Below are positions 1-11,634 of a DNA stretch of 64,000 nt, piece after piece (the stretch's first letter is position 1; every line of letters starts with the position of its first letter). The translations under genes were made by a program, and so were the position numbers. Source of the stretch: Auanema rhodensis (Eukaryota; Animalia; Nematoda). The stretch covers positions 18,848,001 through 18,912,000 of the forward strand of contig OZ059897.1 in assembly GCA_964057225.1 (NCBI GenBank). The letters run 5' to 3'. Below the pieces are notes generated by a model. That model searched no databases. It worked only from the letters and a program-made list of their open reading frames with translations, and was not told where the DNA came from.

Positions 1-71
1 CATTTTTCAAGGCAAAGACGATGGACAATGTTATTCAACGAAAAAATTAATTATTCAGGGTGAAAATCGAG

Positions 72-93
72 GATATAAGTGTGAACTTATATC
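72..93. repeat. Perfect 9-bp inverted repeat with 4-nt loop, present in nearly every monomer
   Basis: GATATAAGT (72-80), loop GTGA, ACTTATATC (85-93). Confidence 0.95.
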
Positions 94-103
94 AGTTGAT
101 ATC

Positions 104-170
104 TCGGTGCATTTTTAAGCTAGCGCAAATCTGATAACACAGATCGACGCAGCTTAAAAATCCGCATCGA
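104..170. repeat. Long imperfect inverted repeat / hairpin, in every monomer
   Basis: ATTTTTAAGCT (111-121) and AGCTTAAAAAT (151-161) pair perfectly over 11 bp. Inner pairs are GCG/CGC (123-125/148-150) and ATCTG/CAGAT (129-133/140-144). The outer pair is TCGGTGC/GCATCGA (104-110/164-170, one G-T). Confidence 0.93.
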
Positions 171-244
171 ATGCACTATACTACATTGAGAAACGCTTAA
201 TACAAAAATTAGTTATGATCGTTTGAAAAATGATGCATTAGTGT

Positions 245-272
245 ATGTTGAGTTTCCATGTACACTCAACAT
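245..272. repeat. Perfect 9-bp inverted repeat with 10-nt loop, present in nearly every monomer
   Basis: ATGTTGAGT (245-253) pairs with ACTCAACAT (264-272). Confidence 0.95.
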
Positions 273-279
273 TGCTTCC

Positions 280-345
280 AAAAACATTTTGACAAAAATT
301 TTTTCGAAAAATTTCAAAATAATTTAGCGAAAAGTAGATGTTTTT
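280..345. repeat. A/T-tract-rich nested palindromic segment, in every monomer
   Basis: TTTTTCGAAAAA (300-311) is a perfect palindrome. ATTTTGA/TCAAAAT (286-292/314-320) and AAAAACAT/ATGTTTTT (280-287/338-345) are inverted pairs. Confidence 0.88.
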
Positions 346-2457
346 AGATTCCATTTTTCAAGGCAAAGACGATGGACAATGTTATTCAACGAAAAAATTA
401 ATTCTTCAGGGTGAAAGTCGAGGATATAAGTGTGAACTTATATCAGTTGATATCTCGGTGCATTTTTAAGCTAGCGCAAATCTGATAACACAGATCGACG
501 CAGCTTAAAAATCCGCATCGAATGCACTATACTACATTGAGAAACGCTTAATACAAAAATTAGTTATGATCGTTTGAAAAATGATGCATTAGTGTATGTT
601 GAGTTTCCATGTACACTCAACATTGCTTCCAAAAACATTTTGACAAAAATTTTTTCGAAAAATTTCAAAATAATTTAGCGGAAAGTAGATGTTTTTAGAT
701 TCCATTTTTCAAGGCAAAGACGATGGACAATGTTATTCAACGAAAAAATTAATTCTTCAGGGTGAAAATCGAGGATATAAGTGTGAACTTATATCAGTTG
801 ATATCTCGGTGCATTTATAAGCTAGCGCAAATCTGATAACACAGATCGACGCAGCTTAAAAATCCGCATCGAATGCACTATACTACATTAAGAAACGCTT
901 GATACAAAAATTAGTTATGATCGTTTGAAAAATGATGCATTAGTGTATGTTGAGTTTCCATGTACACTCAACATTGCTTCCAAAAACATTTTGACAAAAA
1001 TTTTTTCGAAAAATTTCAAAATAATTTAGCGGAAAGTAGATGTTTTTAGATTCCATTTTTCAAGGCAAAGACGATGGACAATGTTATTCAACGAAAAAAT
1101 TAATTCTTCAGGGTGAAAATCGAGGATATAAGTGTGAACTTATATCAGTTGATATCTCGGTGCATTTATAAGCTAGCGCAAATCTGATAACACAGATCGA
1201 CGCAGCTTAAAAATCCGCATCGAATGCACTATACTACATTAAGAAACGCTTGATACAAAAATTAGTTATGATCGTTTGAAAAATGATGCATTAGTGTATG
1301 TTGAGTTTCCATGTACACTCAACATTGCTTCCAAAAACATTTTGACAAAAATTTTTTCGAAAAATTTCAAAATAATTTAGCAAAAAGTAGATGTTTTAAG
1401 ATTCCATTTTTCAAGGCAAAGACGATGGACAATGTTATTCAACGAAAAAATTATTTCTTCAGGGTGAAAATCGAGGATATAAGTGTGAACTTATATCAGT
1501 TGATATCTCGGTGCATTTTTAAGCTAGCGCAAATCTGATAACACAGATCGACGCAGCTTAAAAATCCGCATCGAATGCACTATACTACATTGAGAAACGC
1601 TTAATACAAAAATTAGTTATGATCGTTTGAAAAATGATGCATTAGTGTATGTTGAGTTTCCATGTACACTCAACATTGCTTCCAAAAACATTTTGACAAA
1701 AATTTTTTCGAAAAATTTCAAAATAATTTAGCGAAAAGTAGATGTTTTTAGTTTCCATTTCTCAAGGCAAAGACGATAGACAATGTTATTCAACGAAAAA
1801 ATTAATTCTTCAGGGTGAAAATCGAGGATATAAGTGTGAACTTATATCAGTTGATATCTCGGTGCATTTTTAAGCTAGCGCAAATCTGATAACACAGATC
1901 GACGCAGCTTAAAAATCCGCATCGAATGCACTATACTACATTGAGAAACGCTTAATACAAAAATTAGTTATGATCGTTTGAAAAATGATGCATTAGTGTA
2001 TGTTGAGTTTCCATGTACACTCAACATTGCTTCCAAAAACATTTTGACAAAAATTTTTTCGAAAAATTTCAAAATAATTTAGCAAAAAGTAGATGTTTTT
2101 AGATTCCTTTTTTCAAGGCAAAGACGATGGACAATGTTATTCAACGAAAAAATTATTTCTTCAGGGTGAAAATCGAGGATATAAGTGTGAACTTATATCA
2201 GTTGATATCTCGGTGCATTTTTAAGCTAGCGCAAATCTGATAACACAGATCGACGCAGCTTAAAAATCCGCATCGAATGCACTATACTACATTGAAAAAC
2301 GCTTAATACAAAAATTAGTTATGATCGTTTGAAAAATGATGCATTAGTGTATGTTGAGTTTCCATGTACACTCAACATTGCTTCCAAAAACATTTTGACA
2401 AAAATTTTTTCGAAAAATTTCAAAATAATTTAGCAAAAAGTAGATGTTTTTAGATTC

Positions 2458-5100
2458 CATTTTTCAAGGCAAAGACGATGGACAATGTTATTCAACGAAA
2501 AAATTAATTCTTCAGGGTGAAAATCGAGGATATAAGTGTGAACTTATATCAGTTGATATCTCGGTGCATTTTTAAGCTAGCGCAAATCTGATAACACAGA
2601 TCGACGCAGCTTAAAAATCCGCATCGAATGCACTATACTACATTAAGAAACGCTTGATACAAAAATTAGTTATGATCGTTTGAAAAATGATGCATTAGTG
2701 TATGTTGAGTTTCCATGTACACTCAACATTGCTTCCAAAAACATTTTGACAAAAATTTTTTCGAAAAATTTCAAAATAATTTAGCAAAAAGTAGATGTTT
2801 TTAGATTCCATTTTTCAAGGCAAAGACGATGGACAATGTTATTCAACGAAGAAATTAATTCTTCAGGGTGAAAATCGAGGATATAAGTGTGAACTTATAT
2901 CAGTTGATATCTCGGTGCATTTTTAAGTTAGCGCAAATCTGATAACACAGATCGACGCAGCTTAAAAATCCGCATCGAATGCACTATACTACATTGAGAA
3001 ACGCGTGATACAAAAATTAGTTATGATCGTTTGAAAAATGATGCATTAGTGTATGTTGAGTTTCCATGTACACTCAACATTGCTTCCAAAAACATTTTGA
3101 CAAAAATTTTTTCGAAAAATTTCAAAATAATTTAGCAAAAAGTAGATGTTTTTAGATTCCTTTTTTCAAGGCAAAGACGATGGACAATGTTATTCAACGA
3201 AAAAATTATTTCTTCAGGGTGAAAATCGAGGATATAAGTATGAACTTATATCAGTTGATATCTCGGTGCATTTTTAAGCTAGCGCAAATCTGATAACACA
3301 GATCGACGCAGCTTAAAAATCCGCATCGAATGCACTATACTACATTGAAAAACGCTTGATACAAAAATTAGTTATGATCGTTTGAAAAATGATGCATTAG
3401 TGTATGTTGAGTTTCCATGTACACTCAACATTGCTTCCAAAAACATTTCGACAAAAATTTTTTCGAAAAATTTCAAAATAATTTAGCAAAAAGTAGATGT
3501 TTTTAGATTCCATTTCTCAAGGCAAAGACGATAGACAATGTTATTCAACGAAAAAATTAATTCTTCAGGGTGAAAATCGAGGATATAAGTGTGAACTTAT
3601 ATCAGTTGATATCTCGGTGCATTTTTAAGCTAGCGCAAATCTGATAACACAGATCGACGCAGCTTAAAAATCCGCATCGAATGCACTATACTACATTGAA
3701 AAACGCTTAATACAAAAATTAGTTATGATCGTTTGAAAAATGATGCATTAGTGTATGTTGAGTTTCCATGTACACTCAACATTGCTTCCAAAAACATTTT
3801 GACAAAAATTTTTTCGAAAAATTTCAAAATAATTTAGCAAAAAGTAGATGTTTTTAGATTCCATTTTTCAAGGCAAAGACGATGGACAATGTTATTCAAC
3901 GAAAAAATTAATTCTTCAGGGTGAAAATCGAGGATATAAGTGTGAACTTATATCAGTTGATATCTCGGTGCATTTTTAAGCTAGCGCAAATCTGATAACA
4001 CAGATCGACGCAGCTTAAAAATCCGCATCGAATGCACTATACTACATTAAGAAACGCTTGATACAAAAATTAGTTATGATCGTTTGAAAAATGATGCATT
4101 AGTGTATGTTGAGTTTCCATGTACACTCAACATTGCTTCCAAAAACATTTTGACAAAAATTTTTTCGAAAAATTTCAAAATAATTTAGCAAAAAGTAGAT
4201 GTTTTTAGATTCCATTTTTCAAGGCAAAGACGATGGACAATGTTATTCAACGAAGAAATTAATTCTTCAGGGTGAAAATCGAGGATATAAGTGTGAACTT
4301 ATATCAGTTGATATCTCGGTGCATTTTTAAGTTAGCGCAAATCTGATAACACAGATCGACGCAGCTTAAAAATCCGCATCGAATGCACTATACTACATTG
4401 AGAAACGCGTGATACAAAAATTAGTTATGATCGTTTGAAAAATGATGCATTAGTGTATGTTGAGTTTCCATGTACACTCAACATTGCTTCCAAAAACATT
4501 TTGACAAAAATTTTTTCGAAAAATTTCAAAATAATTTAGCAAAAAGTAGATGTTTTTAGATTCCTTTTTTCAAGGCAAAGACGATGGACAATGTTATTCA
4601 ACGAAAAAATTATTTCTTCAGGGTGAAAATCGAGGATATAAGTATGAACTTATATCAGTTGATATCTCGGTGCATTTTTAAGCTAGCGCAAATCTGATAA
4701 CACAGATCGACGCAGCTTAAAAATCCGCATCGAATGCACTATACTACATTGAAAAACGCTTGATACAAAAATTAGTTATGATCGTTTGAAAAATGATGCA
4801 TTAGTGTATGTTGAGTTTCCATGTACACTCAACATTGCTTCCAAAAACATTTCGACAAAAATTTTTTCGAAAAATTTCAAAATAATTTAGCAAAAAGTAG
4901 ATGTTTTTAGATTCCATTTCTCAAGGCAAAGACGATAGACAATGTTATTCAACGAAAAAATTAATTCTTCAGGGTGAAAATCGAGGATATAAGTGTGAAC
5001 TTATATCAGTTGATATCTCGGTGCATTTTTAAGCTAGCGCAAATCTGATAACACAGATCGACGCAGCTTAAAAATCCGCATCGAATGCACTATACTACAT
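2458..5100. repeat. Local 4-monomer (1404-bp) higher-order duplication
   Basis: Copies 8-11 match copies 12-15. ACGCGT (T197G) is at 3001 and 4405; G81A is at 3240 and 4644. Confidence 0.8.
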
Positions 5101-8100
5101 TAAGAAACACTTGATACAAAAATTAGTTATGATCGTTTGAAAAATGATGCATTAGTGTATGTTGAGTTTCCATGTACACTCAACATTGCTTCCAAAAACA
5201 TTTCGACAAAAATTTTTTCGAAAAATTTCAAAATAATTTAGCAAAAAGTAGATGTTTTTAGATTCCATTTCTCAAGGCAAAGACGATAGACAATGTTATT
5301 CAACGAAAAAATTAATTCTTCAGGGTGAAAATCGAGGATATAAGTGTGAACTTATATCAGTTGATATCTCGGTGCATTTTTAAGCTAGCGCAAATCTGAT
5401 AACACAGATCGACGCAGCTTAAAAATCCGCATCGAATGCACTATACTACATTAAGAAACACTTGATACAAAAATTAGTTATGATCGTTTGAAAAATGATG
5501 CATTAGTGTATGTTGAGTTTCCATGTACACTCAACATTGCTTCCAAAAACATTTTGACAAAAATTTTTTCGAAAAATTTCAATATAATTTAGCAAAAAGT
5601 AGATGTTTTAAGATTCCATTTTTCAAGGCAAAGACGATGGACAATGTTATTCAACGAAGAAATTAATTCTTCAGGGTGAAAATCGAGGATATAAGTGTGA
5701 ACTTATATCAGTTGATATCTCGGTGCATTTTTAAGTTAGCGCAAATCTGATAACACAGATCGACGCAGCTTAAAAATCCGCATCGAATGCACTATACTAC
5801 ATTGAGAAACGCGTGATACAAAAATTAGTTATGATCGTTTGAAAAATGATGCATTAGTGTATGTTGAGTTTCCATGTACACTCAACATTGCTTCCAAAAA
5901 CATTTCGACAAAAATTTTTTCGAAAAATTTCAAAATAATTTAGCAAAAAGTAGATGTTTTTAGATTCCATTTCTCAAGGCAAAGACGATAGACAATGTTA
6001 TTCAACGAAAAAATTAATTCTTCAGGGTGAAAATCGAGGATATAAGTGTGAACTTATATCAGTTGATATCTCGGTGCATTTTTAAGCTAGCGCAAATCTG
6101 ATAACACAGATCGACGCAGCTTAAAAATCCGCATCGAATGCACTATACTACATTAAGAAACACTTGATACAAAAATTAGTTATGATCGTTTGAAAAATGA
6201 TGCATTAGTGTATGTTGAGTTTCCATGTACACTCAACATTGCTTCCAAAAACATTTTGACAAAAATTTTTTCGAAAAATTTCAAAATAATTTAGCAAAAA
6301 GTAGATGTTTTAAGATTCCATTTTTCAAGGCAAAGACGATGGACAATGTTATTCAACGAAGAAATTAATTCTTCAGGGTGAAAATCGAGGATATAAGTGT
6401 GAACTTATATCAGTTGATATCTCGGTGCATTTTTAAGTTAGCGCAAATCTGATAACACAGATCGACGCAGCTTAAAAATCCGCATCGAATGCACTATACT
6501 ACATTGAGAAACGCGTGATACAAAAATTAGTTATGATCGTTTGAAAAATGATGCATTAGTGTATGTTGAGTTTCCATGTACACTCAACATTGCTTCCAAA
6601 AACATTTTGACAAAAATTTTTTCGAAAAATTTCAAAATAATTTAGCAAAAAGTAGATGTTTTTAGATTCCTTTTTTCAAGGCAAAGACGATGGACAATGT
6701 TATTCAACGAAAAAATTATTTCTTCAGGGTGAAAATCGAGGATATAAGTGTGAACTTATATCAGTTGATATCTCGGTGCATTTTTAAGCTAGCGCAAATC
6801 TGATAACACAGATCGACGCAGCTTAAAAATCCGCATCGAATGCACTATACTACATTGAAAAACGCTTGATACAAAAATTAGTTATGATCGTTTGAAAAAT
6901 GATGCATTAGTGTATGTTGAGTTTCCATGTACACTCAACATTGCTTCCAAAAACATTTCGACAAAAATTTTTTCGAAAAATTTCAAAATAATTTAGCAAA
7001 AAGTAGATGTTTTTAGATTCCATTTCTCAAGGCAAAGACGATAGACAATGTTATTCAACGAAAAAATTAATTCTTCAGGGTGAAAATCGAGGATATAAGT
7101 GTGAACTTATATCAGTTGATATCTCGGTGCATTTTTAAGCTAGCGCAAATCTGATAACACAGATCGACGCAGCTTAAAAATCCGCATCGAATGCACTATA
7201 CTACATTAAGAAACACTTGATACAAAAATTAGTTATGATCGTTTGAAAAATGATGCATTAGTGTATGTTGAGTTTCCATGTACACTCAACATTGCTTCCA
7301 AAAACATTTCGACAAAAATTTTTTCGAAAAATTTCAAAATAATTTAGCAAAAAGTAGATGTTTTTAGATTCCATTTCTCAAGGCAAAGACGATAGACAAT
7401 GTTATTCAACGAAAAAATTAATTCTTCAGGGTGAAAATCGAGGATATAAGTGTGAACTTATATCAGTTGATATCTCGGTGCATTTTTAAGCTAGCGCAAA
7501 TCTGATAACACAGATCGACGCAGCTTAAAAATCCGCATCGAATGCACTATACTACATTAAGAAACACTTGATACAAAAATTAGTTATGATCGTTTGAAAA
7601 ATGATGCATTAGTGTATGTTGAGTTTCCATGTACACTCAACATTGCTTCCAAAAACATTTTGACAAAAATTTTTTCGAAAAATTTCAAAATAATTTAGCA
7701 AAAAGTAGATGTTTTAAGATTCCATTTTTCAAGGCAAAGACGATGGACAATGTTATTCAACGAAAAAATTAATTCTTCAGGGTGAAAATCGAGGATATAA
7801 GTGTGAACTTATATCAGTTGATATCTCGGTGCATTTTTAAGCTAGCGCAAATCTGATAACACAGATCGACGCAGCTTAAAAATCCGCATCGAATGCACTA
7901 TACTACATTGAGAAACGCTTAATACAAAAATTAGTTATGATCGTTTGAAAAATGATGCATTAGTGTATGTTGAGTTTCCATGTACACTCAACATTACTTC
8001 CAAAAACATTTTGACAAAAATTTTTTCGAAAAATTTCAGAATAATTTAGCGAAAAGTAGATGTTTTTAGATTCCATTTTTCAAGGCAAAGACGATGGACA

Positions 8101-8424
8101 ATGTTATTCAACGAAAAAATTAATTCTTCAGGGTGAAAATCGAGGATATAAGTGTGAACTTATATCAGTTGATATCTCGGTGCATTTATAAGCTAGCGCA
8201 AATCTGATAACACAGATCGACGCAGCTTAAAAATCCGCATCGAATGCACTATACTACATTGAGAAACGCTTAATACAAAAATTAGTTATGATCGTTTGAA
8301 AAATGATGCATTAGTGTATGTTGAGTTTCCATGTACACTCAACATTGCTTCCAAAAACATTTTGACAAAAATTTTTTCGAAAAATTTCAAAATAATTTAG
8401 CAAAAAGTAGATGTTTTTAGATTC

Positions 8425-10881
8425 CTTTTTTCAAGGCAAAAACGATGGACAATGTTATTCAACGAAAAAATTATTTCTTCAGGGTGAAAATCGAGGATAT
8501 AAGTGTGAACTTATATCAGTTGATATCTCGGTGCATTTTTAAGCTAGCGCAAATCTGATAACACAGATCGACGCAGCTTAAAAATCCGGATCGAATGCAC
8601 TATGCTACATTAAGAAACACTTGATACAAAAATTAGTTATGATCGTTCGAAAAATGATGCATTAGTGTATGTTGAGTTTCCATGTACACTCAACATTGCT
8701 TCCAAAAACATTTTGACAAAAATTTTTTCGAAAAATTTCGAAATAATTTAGCAAAAAGTAGATGTTTTTAGATTCCATTTTTCAAGGCAAAAACGATGGA
8801 CAATGTTATTCAACGAAAAAATTATTTCTTCAGGGTGAAAATCGAGGATATAAGTGTGAACTTATATCAGTTGATATCTCGGTGCATTTTTAAGCTAGCG
8901 CAAATCTGATAACACAGATCGACGCAGCTTAAAAATCCGGATCGAATGCACTATGCTACATTAAGAAACACTTGATACAAAAATTAGTTATGATCGTTCG
9001 AAAAATGATGCATTAGTGTATGTTGAGTTTCCATGTACACTCAACATTGCTTCCAAAAACATTTTGACAAAAATTTTTTCGAAAAATTTCGAAATAATTT
9101 AGCAAAAAGTAGATGTTTTTAGATTCCATTTTTCAAGGCAAAGACGATGGACAATGTTATTCAACGAAAAAATTAATTCTTCAGGGTGAAAATCGAGGAT
9201 ATAAGTGTGAACTTATATCAGTTGATATCTCGGTGCATTTTTAAGCTAGCGCAAATCTGATAACACAGATCGACGCAGCTTAAAAATCCGGATCGAATGC
9301 ACTATACTACATTAAGAAACACTTGATACAAAAATTAGTTATGATCGTTCGAAAAATGATGCATTAGTGTATGTTGAGTTTCCATGTACACTCAACATTG
9401 CTTCCAAAAACATTTTGACAAAAATTTTTTCGAAAAATTTCGAAATAATTTAGCAAAAAGTAGATGTTTTTAGATTCCATTTTTCAAGGCAAAGACGATG
9501 GACAATGTTATTCAACGAAAAAATTAATTCTTCAGGGTGAAAATCGAGGATATAAGTGTGAACTTATATCAGTTGATATCTCGGTGCATTTTAAAGCTAG
9601 CGCAAATCTGATAACACAGATCGACGCAGCTTAAAAATCCGGATCGAATGCACTATGCTACATTAAGAAACACTTGATACAAAAATTAGTTATGATCGTT
9701 CGAAAAATGATGCATTAGTGTATGTTGAGTTTCCATGTACACTCAACATTGCTTCCAAAAACATTTTGACAAAAATTTTTTCGAAAAATTTCGAAATAAT
9801 TTAGCAAAAAGTAGATGTTTTTAGATTCCATTTTTCAAGGCAAAAACGATGGACAATGTTATTCAACGAAAAAATTATTTCTTCAGGGTGAAAATCGAGG
9901 ATATAAGTGTGAACTTATATCAGTTGATATCTCGGTGCATTTTTAAGCTAGCGCAAATCTGATAACACAGATCGACGCAGCTTAAAAATCCGGATCGAAT
10001 GCACTATACTACATTAAGAAACACTTGATACAAAAATTAGTTATGATCGTTCGAAAAATGATGCATTAGTGTATGTTGAGTTTCCATGTACACTCAACAT
10101 TGCTTCCAAAAACATTTTGACAAAAATTTTTTCGAAAACTTTCAAAATAATTTAGCAAAAAGTAGATGTTTTTAGATTCCTTTTTTCAAGGCAAAAACGA
10201 TGGACAATGTTATTCAACGAAAAAATTATTTCTTCAGGGTGAAAATCGAGGATATAAGTGTGAACTTATATCAGTTGATATCTCGGTGCATTTTTAAGCT
10301 AGCGCAAATCTGATAACACAGATCGACGCAGCTTAAAAATCCGGATCGAATGCACTATGCTACATTAAGAAACACTTGATACAAAAATTAGTTATGATCG
10401 TTCGAAAAATGATGCATTAGTGTATGTTGAGTTTCCATGTACACTCAACATTGCTTCCAAAAACATTTTGACAAAAATTTTTTCGAAAAATTTCGAAATA
10501 ATTTAGCAAAAAGTAGATGTTTTTAGATTCCATTTTTCAAGGCAAAAACGATGGACAATGTTATTCAACGAAAAAATTATTTCTTCAGGGTGAAAATCGA
10601 GGATATAAGTGTGAACTTATATCAGTTGATATCTCGGTGCATTTTTAAGCTAGCGCAAATCTGATAACACAGATCGACGCAGCTTAAAAATCCGGATCGA
10701 ATGCACTATACTACATTAAGAAACACTTGATACAAAAATTAGTTATGATCGTTCGAAAAATGATGCATTAGTGTATGTTGAGTTTCCATGTACACTCAAC
10801 ATTGCTTCCAAAAACATTTTGACAAAAATTTTTTCGAAAAATTTCGAAATAATTTAGCAAAAAGTAGATGTTTTTAGATTC
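8425..10881. repeat. Locally amplified monomer subfamily (copies 25-31)
   Basis: Seven consecutive copies carry C165G, G188A, G195A, A199G and T224C. A316G and A180G were seen only in this block. Confidence 0.85.
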
Positions 10882-11634
10882 CATTTTTCAAGGCAAAGAC
10901 GATGGACAATGTTATTCAACGAAAAAATTAATTCTTCAGGGTGAAAATCGAGGATATAAGTGTGAACTTATATCAGTTGATATCTCGGTGCATTTTAAAG
11001 CTAGCGCAAATCTGATAACACAGATCGACGCAGCTTAAAAATCCGCATCGAATGCACTATACTACATTGAGAAACGCTTAATACAAAAATTAGTTATGAT
11101 CGTTTGAAAAATGATGCATTAGTGTATGTTGAGTTTCCATGTACACTCAACATTGCTTCCAAAAACATTTTGACAAAAATTTTTTCGAAAAATTTCAAAA
11201 TAATTTAGCGAAAAGTAGATGTTTTTAGATTCCATTTTTCAAGGCAAAGACGATGGACAATGTTATTCAACGAAAAAATTAATTCTTCAGGGTGAAAGTC
11301 GAGGATATAAGTGTGAACTTATATCAGTTGATATCTCGGTGCATTTTTAAGCTAGCGCAAATCTGATAACACAGATCGACGCAGCTTAAAAATCCGCATC
11401 GAATTCACTATACTACATTGAGAAACGCTTAATACAAAAATTAGTTATGATCGTTTGAAAAATGATGCATTAGTGTATGTTGAGTTTCCATGTACACTCA
11501 ACATTGCTTCCAAAAACATTTTGACAAAAATTTTTTCGAAAAATTTCAAAATAATTTAGCGAAAAGTAGATGTTTTTAGATTCCATTTTTCAAGGCAAAG
11601 ACGATGGACAATGTTATTCAACGAAAAAATTAAT

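Larger units (their letters stand above)
1..351 (+). repeat. Representative monomer (arbitrary phase); copy 1 differs from the majority sequence at C53A and A329G
   Basis: The consensus has 53 C and 57 G in 351 bp (~31% GC), 12 CpG, 4 TCGA sites and many A/T tracts. Confidence 0.97.

Noticed and set aside
131-137. Hammerhead ribozyme, as in newt, cave-cricket and schistosome satellites
   Set aside because: The nearest core is CUGAUAA (+) or CUGAUAU (-), not CUGANGA, and I could not build the three-stem junction with GAAA and NUH. An Infernal search would be the definitive test.
302-318. CENP-B box
   Set aside because: TTCGAAAAA matches the left part, but the required CGGG is absent.
1-351. 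5S rRNA, tRNA, snRNA or spliced-leader tandem gene unit
   Set aside because: I found no recognisable 5S or tRNA sequence, cloverleaf or convincing Pol III A/B/C boxes; the unit is very AT-rich.
1-351. Assignment to a named satellite family (e.g. Drosophila 1.688, Tribolium or Pimelia 350-360-bp satellites)
   Set aside because: Only length and AT content are similar. I cannot confirm sequence homology without a database search.
1311-1538. 75-aa ORF (MYTQHCFQ...) from the ORF track
   Set aside because: It is open only because T345A (TAG to AAG) in copy 4 is followed by A50T (TAA to TAT) in copy 5. Other junctions keep at least one of these stops, and the product is a K/F/N-rich translation of A/T tracts with no recognisable domain.
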